DNA of 63,533 nt, filler included, from Hausera hauseri (Eukaryota), in NCBI GenBank assembly GCA_046269625.1. It is 11 parts of 11 records of this genome, joined end to end, with 100 filler letters (N's around TTAATTAATTAA, not from the genome) between each part and the next. Parts side by side here need not be neighbours in the genome. Positions count along the whole stretch, not along the records: positions 1 to 4,885 come from JBJURY010403479.1; positions 4,986 to 10,116 come from JBJURY010325606.1; 9 more parts are not named here. One strand, written 5' to 3'. The position numbers and the translations under genes were made by a program. Positions within the stretch are counted from its first letter, which is position 1. The number at the start of each line of letters is the position of its first letter. Positions 1 to 10,216 of the stretch are shown piece after piece. The notes under the pieces were generated by a model. The model saw nothing but the letters and a program-made list of their open reading frames with translations. It was not told the origin of the DNA and did no database searches.

Positions 1-343
1 ACAGACATTTTCAATCAGAAAGGTGGTGTATGTGTCTATAAACAAATTCGAAAATCGACAACATGATTATAATAAAAATGAAGAATTTCCAAAAAACGAT
101 TGTTAAACGTAAACTTACCAAACGGGTGTCCGGCGGCAAGAAACGTGTATCAAAACGAACCACCGCTACAGTCAAGCAATTAATCAATTCTGTGCTTTGT
201 CGAACAACAAATGTAGCAGCTAAACGCAAATTACCGTCACAGTGGCAACGGTTGTAAACAACTACGTCTTGTCAACATCAATACGTTCAAAAAATGCGAT
301 TCAAACGTAGTCCGCCGTATTTTATTGATTTTTTAAAGCACAT

Positions 344-616
344 ATGAGACATAAGCGAAACATGCTGCGATCATTCCCACACTTTGTAGTAGATGATTTG
401 ATGGAAATTTTATACAATATCGTTGAGGATCACGTTAACATTAGTAGTGGAATGCGGAATTTACTAAGGTGTCGGAAACGACTCATTGGCCTTGCCAACG
501 CCCGTAGTAAACGACTGAAACGAGAGGTCATGTACCAGAAAGACGGCGGATTCCTTGGTGCAATTCTACCGGTTGTCACGTCATTACTGGGTGGACTCAT
601 TGGTGGAACAGTTTAG
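344..616 (+). CDS. Small Polinton virion protein with a GG/F maturation-protease-type site and a C-terminal amphipathic helix
   Basis: Basic ORF ending QKDGGFLGAILPVVTSLLGGLIGG, the pattern typical of small Polinton/adintovirus core or membrane-active proteins; sits directly upstream of the integrase. Confidence 0.6.
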   Translation: MRHKRNMLRSFPHFVVDDLMEILYNIVEDHVNISSGMRNLLRCRKRLIGLANARSKRLKREVMYQKDGGFLGAILPVVTSLLGGLIGGTV

Positions 617-724
617 TATAAACAATGACGGTAAGTATATGATTAGGTGATATGGGTGCATGGTTTTCATCATTTTGTCCCAGTTTACCGAATCTTTCAT
701 TAACGTTTCGTTCTAATTGCTGCA

Positions 725-1784
725 ATGCAAACAAAAACGACATCATCGACGACAGCGATGGGCGACGTATGGTTCGATCCGCGTCATCCTGTCGGGTATA
801 CTGGCGTCAAAAAATTGGTAAAGACTGTCAAAGAGACTTGGCAACAGACCCCACGTTGGCTGGGGAAACAGTTAGCATACAGCCTAAACAAACCGACAAG
901 AAGGCGGTTTCCAACTCGTGCATACCGTGTTTCAGGTGTAAATAACGCATGGCAAATGGATCTAATGGAAATTATTCCGTATGCCAACATCAACGATGGG
1001 CAGCGGTACGTGCTGACATGTATTGATGTGTTTAGTCGTTTTGCATGTGCAACTGCTGTCAAGTCCAAATCCGGTAAAGAGATTGCCGAGGCTGTTCAGA
1101 CACTGATACAACAACAGCCGAAGCATTTACAAACGCATTTGGGTAAGGAATTTTACATCCACGTTGCAGCGGTCTTGAAACGGTGCGGCGTAAACCACTA
1201 CTCTGTTTTCTCAATACAATGGTACACTTGCTGAACGATTTAATCGAACATTGCGCGGTCGCGTAAACAAATTCTTTACGTAGCAAGGCAACAAACGCTG
1301 GATAGATGTACTGCCGGATTTTATTCATGCATACAATCATCCGACACACCGTGGAATCAACGGAATGCGCCCAGTTGACGTAATGGATGATTTTGACATG
1401 CTGCTCTATCAAAACCGAACACCACAACGACAACAGGCAATTAAACGCCCAAAATATAAAATCGGGGCTTACGTACTTATTCCGAAAATAAGTACGATGC
1501 CATTCATTAAGAATTTCAATCAGAACTGGATCGACGAGGTTTTCCGCATTTCGGCAATCAACACAAAACAAACACCTGTTATGTACGTTTTAGAGGATGA
1601 AAATGCTGAGGAAATACGCGGCAAATTTTACGAACAGGAACTGCAAGTATTACCGGAAAAACCTGATGTATATAGTATTCAGGAAATTCTACGTTCACGT
1701 GGCAAAGGTTCGAATAAACAATATCTCGTCAAGTGGCATGGATACACTGCACCGAGTTGGATTTTTGCATCACAGATTCAATGA
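725..1784 (+). pseudogene. Polinton rve integrase with C-terminal chromo-like domain (frameshifted)
   Basis: WQMDLMEI...YVLTCIDVFSRFA, LQTHLGKEF, AERFNRTL in the shifted frame, FNQNWIDEVFRI, IRGKFYEQELQ, and the chromo-like YSIQEILRSRGKGSNKQYLVKWHGY. Confidence 0.9.
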
Positions 1785-2728
1785 GCAGCAGCAGTAGCAT
1801 TTACTTGGTATTTGATAGTAACAGATCATGATCACAACATGACGACGACAATAACGCTAAACAGTTTACCATACACTTGGACCAACCGGTCGATTTACGC
1901 CACGGAGACTGGGAAGTGGCTTTTACGGAATTCATACATTTTCACCAATGAAAATACGTCAGAACAGTGGTATTTACTTTACCCGACAAGAAACGTACCC
2001 TATTTCAAGTCGTTTGCGGACAATCCGACACAATAACCGATATACTCTTCGCAATTATGCGCGACAACATTTCTCGGTTTATGCTTATTTTTCAAACTAC
2101 CGTATGAAACTAATACATCGAAATCCCATTGAAATGCAGTTTAATTCCATAGCTGATGCTCGGGCATGGGGTTTTCAATCAGTCAATGTACATTCAAGAC
2201 GTCTACAGCTAGGTGGCAATGTTATAATTGGAGAAAAAATGGGCCTTTCATTTGCGTGAGTACGTCAAGAAAACGGTTACATTAGCTGTAAAGATATGTG
2301 AAATAAACGCAGATGATCATATTTCGATTATACTACCTGACAATGTAACATATATTGCATTTGATGAATTATTGGCTCGGAATCTGGGTTTTCAAAACGC
2401 AAATTCTATAAAAACATTGCTGGACAATCTATTGTTGCAAAATACAAACCGCAACTCTAGGGAGCATTTCATAGAATTAACCGAATCCGTACTCATTGTT
2501 GGAGAACGTAAACAACTACTCGCTTCTCTCGAACTGGATTCTGACACGTACAAAACATAGGGTAAAACTGTTTGCGTTAATATTCTCAGACCCAGGTACT
2601 TATAATTGTCTCACAATACTGCGCACAGTATTTCCGTGTATATGCTTGATGCATTTTTGGAACCCATTACATTTCAGTTTGGGTCAACGACACATTTGAC
2701 GTTACATTTTCGACGTCGTCGTCGATAA
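1781..2728 (+). pseudogene. Penton/minor capsid-like protein, copy 1 (largely missed by the ORF track)
   Basis: Manual translation from ATG 1781 gives MSSSSSIYLVFDSN..DDNNAKQFTIHLDQPVDLRHGDWEVAFTEF; the C-terminus is EPITFQFGSTTHLTLHFRRRRR* (TAA 2726-2728). Both are Polinton penton terminal signatures. Internal stops are present. Confidence 0.75.
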
Positions 2729-2765
2729 TAAACAAACTGCATAATTATCATTGACATCATTGTGA

Positions 2766-3788
2766 ATGAGTATTTACATGGTGTTGCCGAGCAATTGTTG
2801 TCCGACGACTTGTCCGAACAATTCCGCCAGTGAACACGTTGTAGATTGTAACAATCCTTTGGATTTACCTGGAAAATGGGAGGTTGCACGGACAAAATTT
2901 AACTTTCTCTACGCACCAGTGACATTAAAAGGTAGTACAAAAATAACGTACAACAATATTGTTACTGAAACCAAAACATATTCTTGTCCTCTGACACTTA
3001 CTGACAATAAAATAACAATTGAAGAATCGGCCATTTACACGACCAGTACAAATTACGGATTATACGTCAAGATCGGTGCTTTTATATTATCTTTGAGTCC
3101 TCTGATATGGCGCAGAAATTTGGATTCAAAAATATAGAATAAGAAATTAAAGATATTAAAAGTGAATATGCAGTTGCTCCAGAATTAAATCCCGTATATT
3201 ACCAGACGACGGCGACATTTGCCTATACAGTACAAAGGGTGCCAACATCATACGTATCGATTGGAGACTGTCTATTGCGAATATGTAGCACACCTCTGTC
3301 AACAATTTTCTTCAAATCAAAAGTACAAGGCGATATTTAAAGTTTTCGAGTCAGATGCAACTGGCTACATTAAATTTGAACTGACTAAGGATATTGTTGA
3401 CATTTCATTGGACAAAGTTTTGGCCATCGTATTGGGTTTTGAAAAACAGCGGTTTGAGGCATCGACGAATACGAAAACGGCGGCGGTACATGTTGCAATA
3501 CTCAAACCCAAACTGAAAACGGGAATAAGTCAAATGCACATTTACGTGAACGTCACCGACCCGATTTTGATGGGTGGAATACGTGCATCGCTACTCCGTG
3601 CAATTTATCGGGAACGCAGCAAGTATACTGCTGGGGACAATGTCACTGTCAAGCTCGATAATCAAATGTACATACATGTGACATCTACATCTATAAAGAA
3701 TGCTGAAGTGAATATCCAATGTGAAGCGGGCTACCTTATGGAATTTCCGTACAATACCACAACCAGTCTAACTTTTAATTTCCGTTAA
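2766..3788 (+). pseudogene. Penton/minor capsid protein, copy 2
   Basis: N-terminus MSIYMVLPSN...NNSAS...NPLDLPGKWEVA; C-terminus MHIYVNVTDPILMGGIRASLLR...MYIHV...IQCEAGYLMEF..TTSLTFNFR*. Frameshift near 3100-3220. Confidence 0.85.
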
Positions 3789-3795
3789 ATACAAC

Positions 3796-4102
3796 ATGAT
3801 TGATTCTGAAATAGTTTCCATTTACACTAAACCCCAGGCAGGCGGTGAACTGCCGTATTTCGCCGGCAAACAGTATGGTTCTAGATGGTTGCGTTAATTG
3901 CCACGCTTAGCATTTCCAGTGTTGAAGCGTGTTGGAGCCGTGGCAGCAAAAACATAACAGGATGTACTATATGAAAAAAACGATTTTGCCATCAGTGAAG
4001 GAACACGCCTGGTCAGAAATAAAAAGCGCTGCATCGGGAGTCGTTGAATTAGTCAAAAAACATTTCGTTGTCAGTGGCTTGAGAAAACGAAAACTTGGTT
4101 GA
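3796..4102 (+). pseudogene. Small Polinton core-like protein with QxGG motifs
   Basis: Manual translation MIDSEIVSIYTKPQAGGELPYFAGKQYGSRWLR*, located between penton and major capsid as in Polintons; disrupted. Confidence 0.55.
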
Positions 4103-4152
4103 TCAGCTAGCTTTTTAACTATAAACAAACGTCGTCGTCGTACGATTTTCGA

Positions 4153-4885
4153 TTGATTGACATACAAATCACATGTCCAAAATCTGAATTGTGCATATTT
4201 TACAAAGGTGCACCACAAGTTGTTATTGACAATGCGGCATTTGAAGAAATCTACCCTGTTGATTCGGTTTCAACAAACGAAAATATTGGCATTCAATTTA
4301 ACATTATGGAATCGGACAATGAATATCTCGATTTGAACGATACACTGCTCTATGTAAAAGTCATTGTTATAAAGGATTTGTCAACGGTTCTCCCTGCAAA
4401 AGACACTATCACACCGACCAATTACCTTTTCCGCGCATTGTTCCAGGAAGCTTCACTGACTCTAAACAGCGTCAAAATCGAAGGCAACACCAATCTATAC
4501 AGTATCAAAGCACTCATTTAAACGACTCTGAATTACAGTTCAGACGCGGAAAGTACTCATTTGACGAAAACCATAGGATGTGACGCCACTGAAGCAAATT
4601 GTCAGGAATGGGTGGCAGAATCAAAAAAACTTACAATGTGTGGACCACTGTACTGTGATTTTTTTCGATCAGCCGAAATACCTACTGGCCGGTGTTAAAG
4701 TCATGATTCGGCTCAAACGCAGCGACAATGTCTTTTATTTGAAAACTGCGTTGCAAATCTCAAATCCATACTGAAAATTACCGAGGCACCATTATATGTA
4801 CGTTGAGTAAAGATAGAATCATCTGTGCTCATGGGACATCGATTGGACTTGGAAACACAAAATGCCTGTTACCCGATACAACGCA
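4153..4885 (+). pseudogene. Polinton major capsid protein (double jelly-roll), N-terminal part
   Basis: KSELCIF...PQVVI...EEIYPV...IQFNI..SDNEYLDLNDTLLYVK, NYLFRALF, FFDQPKYLLAGVKVMIRLKRS match the KSELDLF-type Polinton MCP; runs into the contig end. Confidence 0.9.
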
Positions 4886-4985
4886 NNNNNNNNNNNNNNN
4901 NNNNNNNNNNNNNNNNNNNNNNNNNNNNNTTAATTAATTAANNNNNNNNNNNNNNNNNNNNNNNNNNNNNNNNNNNNNNNNNNNN
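4886..4985. other. Artificial contig linker (44 N + TTAATTAATTAA + 44 N)
   Basis: Identical 100-nt linkers at 4886, 10117, 16466, 21492, 28059, 34120, 40616, 45983, 50368 and 56179; TTAATTAATTAA puts stops in all six frames. Confidence 0.98.
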
Positions 4986-5890
4986 ATTGATTATTGAATA
5001 TTGATCATCGATCCTGGAGGAATGTCCCAGGGTGCTCCTTTCCTTCTATTCGTTTAACACAAACGTTTGATCGACTTAAACAAGCATCGCCATATATTTG
5101 CTGCATCAATCGGAATGTTTCTGATGCACCGATCTTTGTTCCATGATAAAATTGTCAATATCGATTTAAAACTTATTTAGGAAGAACTATCATAACTATT
5201 TCATTTCTCATTCAAATTGAATAAACCAGGGCGCGTTAGGAATAGGAAAAATGTATCTTTATAATGATGTTAATTTTGAACAGAAGGTGCCACTGATTGC
5301 TGAGATATGGCACCAGTCTTAAAAATTATTTGTCGGACAGTGTATACGAATGATAAAATGTTCCATTGCATGGACATTCATTACCATAAATTGAAGTTAG
5401 CTAAGAAATCACATTGCCGGTCTATGTGCACTACTTACTAAACGCACTACGTATATACAACTGAAACATATTGACCCACAGAAATCATGTAGCATAGATA
5501 TAAGGAAGAATGAAAGCAAAATAAGGTATTATTGAGAAATATTTCAAGTTAACGATACAATAACAATCAACCAATGCGGTGAACTCCACAGGACAACAAC
5601 GACGACTGTGCATCAGATAGAAAGACATCTATTGTTGATAAAAAAGTGCACAAAATCACAGATCGAAGGCGTAAACAAAAAGGACACAGCGACTGAAATA
5701 GAGATAAAGTATAAAATTGGCCGGGCATAAAATCGACGCCCGTGAGCAAAAGGCAACACAGTCGCCACGTGCCAATGGAGTCCACTGCAGAAATGATACG
5801 TCAGTTAGTCACAGCCAATTATTATTAAAGATAGGACATAACCAGTGATATGTACTAATGTGTTTGTTTGACTGTCTGTCTTCATCGCCC

Positions 5891-6085
5891 CTATTTACTT
5901 CCTGTGCGTGTTGGCCGACCGCAAATATTGTCTAGGTCGATTTTCAATGAGTCCAAATCTTTCCATGTTGCACCGATCTTCACATTTGCTGACTTTACAG
6001 GCACAGCTGATTGTGTATCAACTGAATTTGCTTTTCTTGGTGGTTGCCGATTGTTTGTGGTGACATGAGGTTGACCCATGAGGTC
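5891..6085 (-). CDS. Possible host exon resembling the C-terminal region of epsin-related clathrin interactor proteins
   Basis: IGATWKDLDSLKIDLDNI resembles the STWSD..NISLDNL motif of CLINT1/epsinR; preceded by an acceptor-like cattcag. Only a short motif. Confidence 0.25.
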   Translation of the reverse strand, partial: DLMGQPHVTTNNRQPPRKANSVDTQSAVPVKSANVKIGATWKDLDSLKIDLDNICGRPTRTGSK

Positions 6086-6682
6086 CTGAATGGAATTCGT
6101 CACATGAGAGATGGGTCGATAATGAGGATATTGATGAGGAGTAATAAAAAACACAAGTGAATGCAATTGGCCCGTGAAAATTATCATTGATAATAATTTT
6201 TGTGGAGGGAATGAAATGGACAAGTTATATTGCGCAGTAATTATTTTATTGGTTTAAATAAAAATATACAAATTTTGATGGAATGTATGTGCAATGTTCA
6301 GTAAATAGTCTACTCACCCCCCCCCGAAGTTTCACACAACATTTTAAACAAAAATTATAAAAAGTAATAGCCATATTGAAATAGAGGAAATTTATAAATG
6401 ACCTTATTGAAAAATATGAAATAATTTATAAATGAAATAATGACAACAACTGTAGTTGTGTTCATTGCACAGCACAGAAAATGAAATGTAACAAATCATA
6501 ACGTGGAACTTCATCAGTTTTTATTGAATTTTATTAAATAGTTTTGCACACAGAGAAAAAGTATTGAAAAAGAGAACAAAAATCAAATATTGAATTTGTG
6601 TAAATAAGTACATTTATTATTATCGTTGTCAAGAGGAATTGAAAGGAATAATCAATAAATAAATGAAATTCAGCTCATTTAA

Positions 6683-9178
6683 CGGTTAAACTCTGTTAGG
6701 GGTACTCAGATACTCCAGGCAATGCAAACTTTAACACTGTTTTTAAGTGTGATGTGCATAAGATCTGGAACTTTGTGACTTTTCATATTACATGTAGGAC
6801 ATTCGTTTAGCATGTTAATTGAAACTTTGCATATGCGTTTATTGGACAAATTCCTTGTGTACAGCAGTAAACTCTACTTGGGGTACTGTCATACCCCAAC
6901 ACAACAAAGATAATTTGTGGCACTATCTTTGATAAGTTGCATCAAAAATTTTGTTATTAGGTTACTTGCTAATTATCATATAAAAGCGGTAACAGCTTTC
7001 ATGTCTATTCTGAGTGTGCTGTTATGTGTGCAGTTGTTTGGTTTTCAAAAATGACAAGTTCATTCAGATAACAACAAAACAAAAAATATTAGTTGCTAAT
7101 TATTCATTCTGTACCAAATTCTCTTCAAAAAGGGCATGGCAACAACTACTTTCATGCTTGCATATGTGAATGTGTGGGTGTGGTGGCTGGTTTGGCCGTG
7201 TCACACTTTATGCGTGAGTCATTTATTGCAGTTCAATTTCCTTCAAACATTTTACTGACAAAATTTTTGATTGCATATCTTGATCTTCCTACTACACAAA
7301 ATGCAACGCAAAGGGTTGTTTTCAGCATTAGAAATGTTGATGAACGATTCGGATGACAATGACCAAAATCTGAGCGACGACGAGGACTATGTTTTGCCTT
7401 CCAATAATCTTCAACCTATGATGAGCAGTAGCAGCGATAGTGACGAGACAGATGAAAGTGACAGTGATGGGGATGACCAACAAAATGCAACAGCTGAGAT
7501 CTTCACTGCTCCTTCTGGACGACGTTGGATATCAGCACAACATGGTAATAACGTCGGACGACTGCAACAGCGTAATATTGTTCGTCATCGGCCGGGTTTT
7601 CTTCAAGGAATCCAGTCTACTACCGAAAAGGAGTCATTTGATATATTCACAACAGAGATTATGGAAGAATTGGTCCGTTTTACAAACTTGGAAGCGAGAA
7701 GACAGTGTGGCTTGACCAAATGGCTGAATGACATTTGGAGGGATGTGGATTTGATAGAAATGCATGCTTTCATTGGAATTCATATTCTTTGCGGTGCCTT
7801 CAAAAGTCATTATCGTGATGTCAAAGAACTATTTAGTGAGCGTGATGGAATTCCAGCCCTCTATGCCGCAATGTCTCTACAGCGATTTGAATGCATTCGA
7901 AAGGTTTTCCGTTTTGATGATCGCCTAAGACGTGATCCAGCTGATACCCTTTCACCAGTTCGTTTTGTTTGGAATTTGGCAATCAAGAAATTTCAGGAAA
8001 TTTATAAGCCGGAACCAACAGTAACAATAGATGAGCAGCTTGTGGAATTCCATGGTCGAGTCCATTTCCGTCAATACATACCGACAAAACCAGGTAAATA
8101 CGGAATAAAAATTATTTGGCTTGTTGATTCAGTATCTACCTATGCTTTGAATGGAATTGTATATGTCGGTGCTGGCACTTTGAAACCTGATGAGTATCCT
8201 ACTCATCAGTTGGCAGAGCGAACAACATTGAAAATTCTTGAGCCTTACTTTGATAGCGGAATCAACGTCACATGTGATAACTGGTTTACAAGCTGTCCAC
8301 TTTTTGACAAATTAGCAGAAAAAAATATTACCGCCGTGGGAACATTGAGACAAAATCGGCGTGACATACCAGCTATTGCCAAGGAAGTCAAAAACAGGCC
8401 TCAAGGATCTGCATTGTATTATCGCAATGACAAGAATTTACTTCTATCTTACATTGACCGCAAGAAATCTAAACCAATTTTACTATTGTCCACAATGCAC
8501 AATAATCCATCTGAACCTATTGCAGATACAAAACCCGAAATTATACAATTTTATAATTCCACGAAATCGGGCGTTGACAACCTCGTTCATCTTGTCCGTT
8601 TCTACAGTAGCAAGCGCAAGACTAGAAGATGGCCGTACAGCTTCTTCATGAATCTGATTGATGTAATTTGCCTCAATGCTTACATTTTATATAAAAATAA
8701 TCACCATTCTACTGTGCGGTACAACTATTTGAAAGCTCTAGCCCTTCAACTACTACACCAACAAATGAAACGTCGCTTAGTGGATCCAATGAATAATCGT
8801 ATCAAGTCAGCTCTAACTTTGTTTGTTGACCTTCCTCAGACAGTTATGACAAATGCTACTGCTACAAAAAGGGGCCGTTGTCAGCATTGTCCCAGATCGT
8901 TAGATAAGAAGACAGATATACAGTGCAGAAAATGTAACAATTTTCTCTGTGCTCAACATCGGATCACTATTTGTGCAACATGCTACAATAATTCTGTTTA
9001 ACTGTAAGTCCGCTTAATTACACTTAACAATGCTAAGTTATTCTATGAACTTTGTGCTTACATATTTATTATATGACTGTTTGATCTTATAATCGTTAGA
9101 AAGTTTCAGTAATACGTTGGGGTATACCCATACCCCAAACAGAGTTTACTAAATTAAAAATTTTCCAGAGTTTAACCG
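6683..9178 (+). mobile_element. Complete piggyBac DNA transposon (~2.5 kb)
   Basis: TTAA at 6679-6682 and 9179-9182 flank perfect 13-bp TIRs CGGTTAAACTCTG (6683-6695) / CAGAGTTTAACCG (9166-9178); ~35-bp subterminal inverted repeats at ~6866-6900 and ~9116-9150; one long transposase ORF. Confidence 0.95.
7301..9001 (+). CDS. piggyBac transposase (uninterrupted, ~566 aa from first ATG)
   Basis: Acidic N-terminus; TIDEQL, YIPTKPGKYGIKI, VTCDNWFTS, GTLRQNRR, YNSTKSGVD, RRWP; C-terminal Cys-rich domain CQHC...CRKC...CAQH...CATC. Confidence 0.95.
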   Translation: MQRKGLFSALEMLMNDSDDNDQNLSDDEDYVLPSNNLQPMMSSSSDSDETDESDSDGDDQQNATAEIFTAPSGRRWISAQHGNNVGRLQQRNIVRHRPGFLQGIQSTTEKESFDIFTTEIMEELVRFTNLEARRQCGLTKWLNDIWRDVDLIEMHAFIGIHILCGAFKSHYRDVKELFSERDGIPALYAAMSLQRFECIRKVFRFDDRLRRDPADTLSPVRFVWNLAIKKFQEIYKPEPTVTIDEQLVEFHGRVHFRQYIPTKPGKYGIKIIWLVDSVSTYALNGIVYVGAGTLKPDEYPTHQLAERTTLKILEPYFDSGINVTCDNWFTSCPLFDKLAEKNITAVGTLRQNRRDIPAIAKEVKNRPQGSALYYRNDKNLLLSYIDRKKSKPILLLSTMHNNPSEPIADTKPEIIQFYNSTKSGVDNLVHLVRFYSSKRKTRRWPYSFFMNLIDVICLNAYILYKNNHHSTVRYNYLKALALQLLHQQMKRRLVDPMNNRIKSALTLFVDLPQTVMTNATATKRGRCQHCPRSLDKKTDIQCRKCNNFLCAQHRITICATCYNNSV

Positions 9179-9559
9179 TTAATTAATTAAACCGTGATTT
9201 TCAAGGTTAAGGGTGCAAAAATCGGTAAATCTTTAAGCGTAGGTAGATAGGAAAATATGTACGGAAAATCTGCTTATGATGTCAGAAGTTCAAATATCGA
9301 TTCACAAGTGGAATATTTGAATAATTTAATACTCTAAAATCGATAAATTCAGGTATGCATATGTTGTTTCACTGAATTTGAAGGTAATGAAGCAAGATTC
9401 AGATTTGGCGGGCAAAATAATTTTATTCAATTGATGTATTAAAACAAATGTACAAATGCAATATGTTAACAAGACAAGTGCAACATGTTGGCAACAATAT
9501 TCAGTGCCCAATTTACCCTACCATTAAAATTATTTATTTTTCATGATGTGTGCTTGTTT

Positions 9560-10116
9560 TACTGCATCAGTTATCAAATGGAGAATTCCGTATGACGTCA
9601 GACATGTGAAAACAAGATGAAATACACAATATTATGTATGAAATATACAATGTAACATGGAATATGATATATGAAATGTGATATATGGCATGTAGAATAT
9701 GATGTAACAAGCATGGAATATGATGTATAAAAGGGTAAAATATGTTGGAAATGTACAGGTAATGTGGCAATGTATAGGTAACATATAAGCAATAGGGGTA
9801 AAATATGGATAAATTGTAGGAAATATGGGTAACATTTGAATAAAATGCATGAAATATCTGAGAAATACAAATAAAATATGGATAATATGTCTACAAGATA
9901 GGTAAAATACCTGCAATATATATAAAGTACATGTAAAATAAGGGTAAAATATGTGTTGTTGACATGATAGAGGCAATATTTAGGTAAAATATGAGTAATA
10001 TGGGTAAAATATTGGGCGATATATAGGAAATATATGTAAAATGTATGCAATATGTAAGAAATATGCAAGCAATATGATGCATGAAACATGTAATAAGATG
10101 CATAAAATATAGAATA
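9560..10116. repeat. AT-rich degenerate minisatellite/low-complexity tract
   Basis: Recurrent GGTAAAATATG / AATATG words with strong strand skew; the ORFs called here are Y/I/H/F-rich by-products. Confidence 0.7.
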
Positions 10117-10216
10117 NNNNNNNNNNNNNNNNNNNNNNNNNNNNNNNNNNNNNNNNNNNNTTAATTAATTAANNNNNNNNNNNNNNNNNNNNNNNNNNNN
10201 NNNNNNNNNNNNNNNN

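Larger units (their letters stand above)
1..4885 (+). mobile_element. Polinton/Maverick (adintovirus-like) structural-gene block, decayed, truncated by contig ends
   Basis: Co-oriented cluster of retroviral-type integrase, two penton-like ORFs, small QxGG-motif proteins and a Polinton major capsid protein, with scattered stops and frameshifts. Confidence 0.9.

Noticed and set aside
4930-4941. Regularly recurring TTAATTAATTAA as a biological motif or piggyBac target
   Set aside because: Always centred in identical 44-N flanks; it is an assembly linker. ORFs that run into it have artificial ends.
9567-10103. Several overlapping hydrophobic ORFs
   Set aside because: By-products of a low-complexity, strand-skewed repeat.
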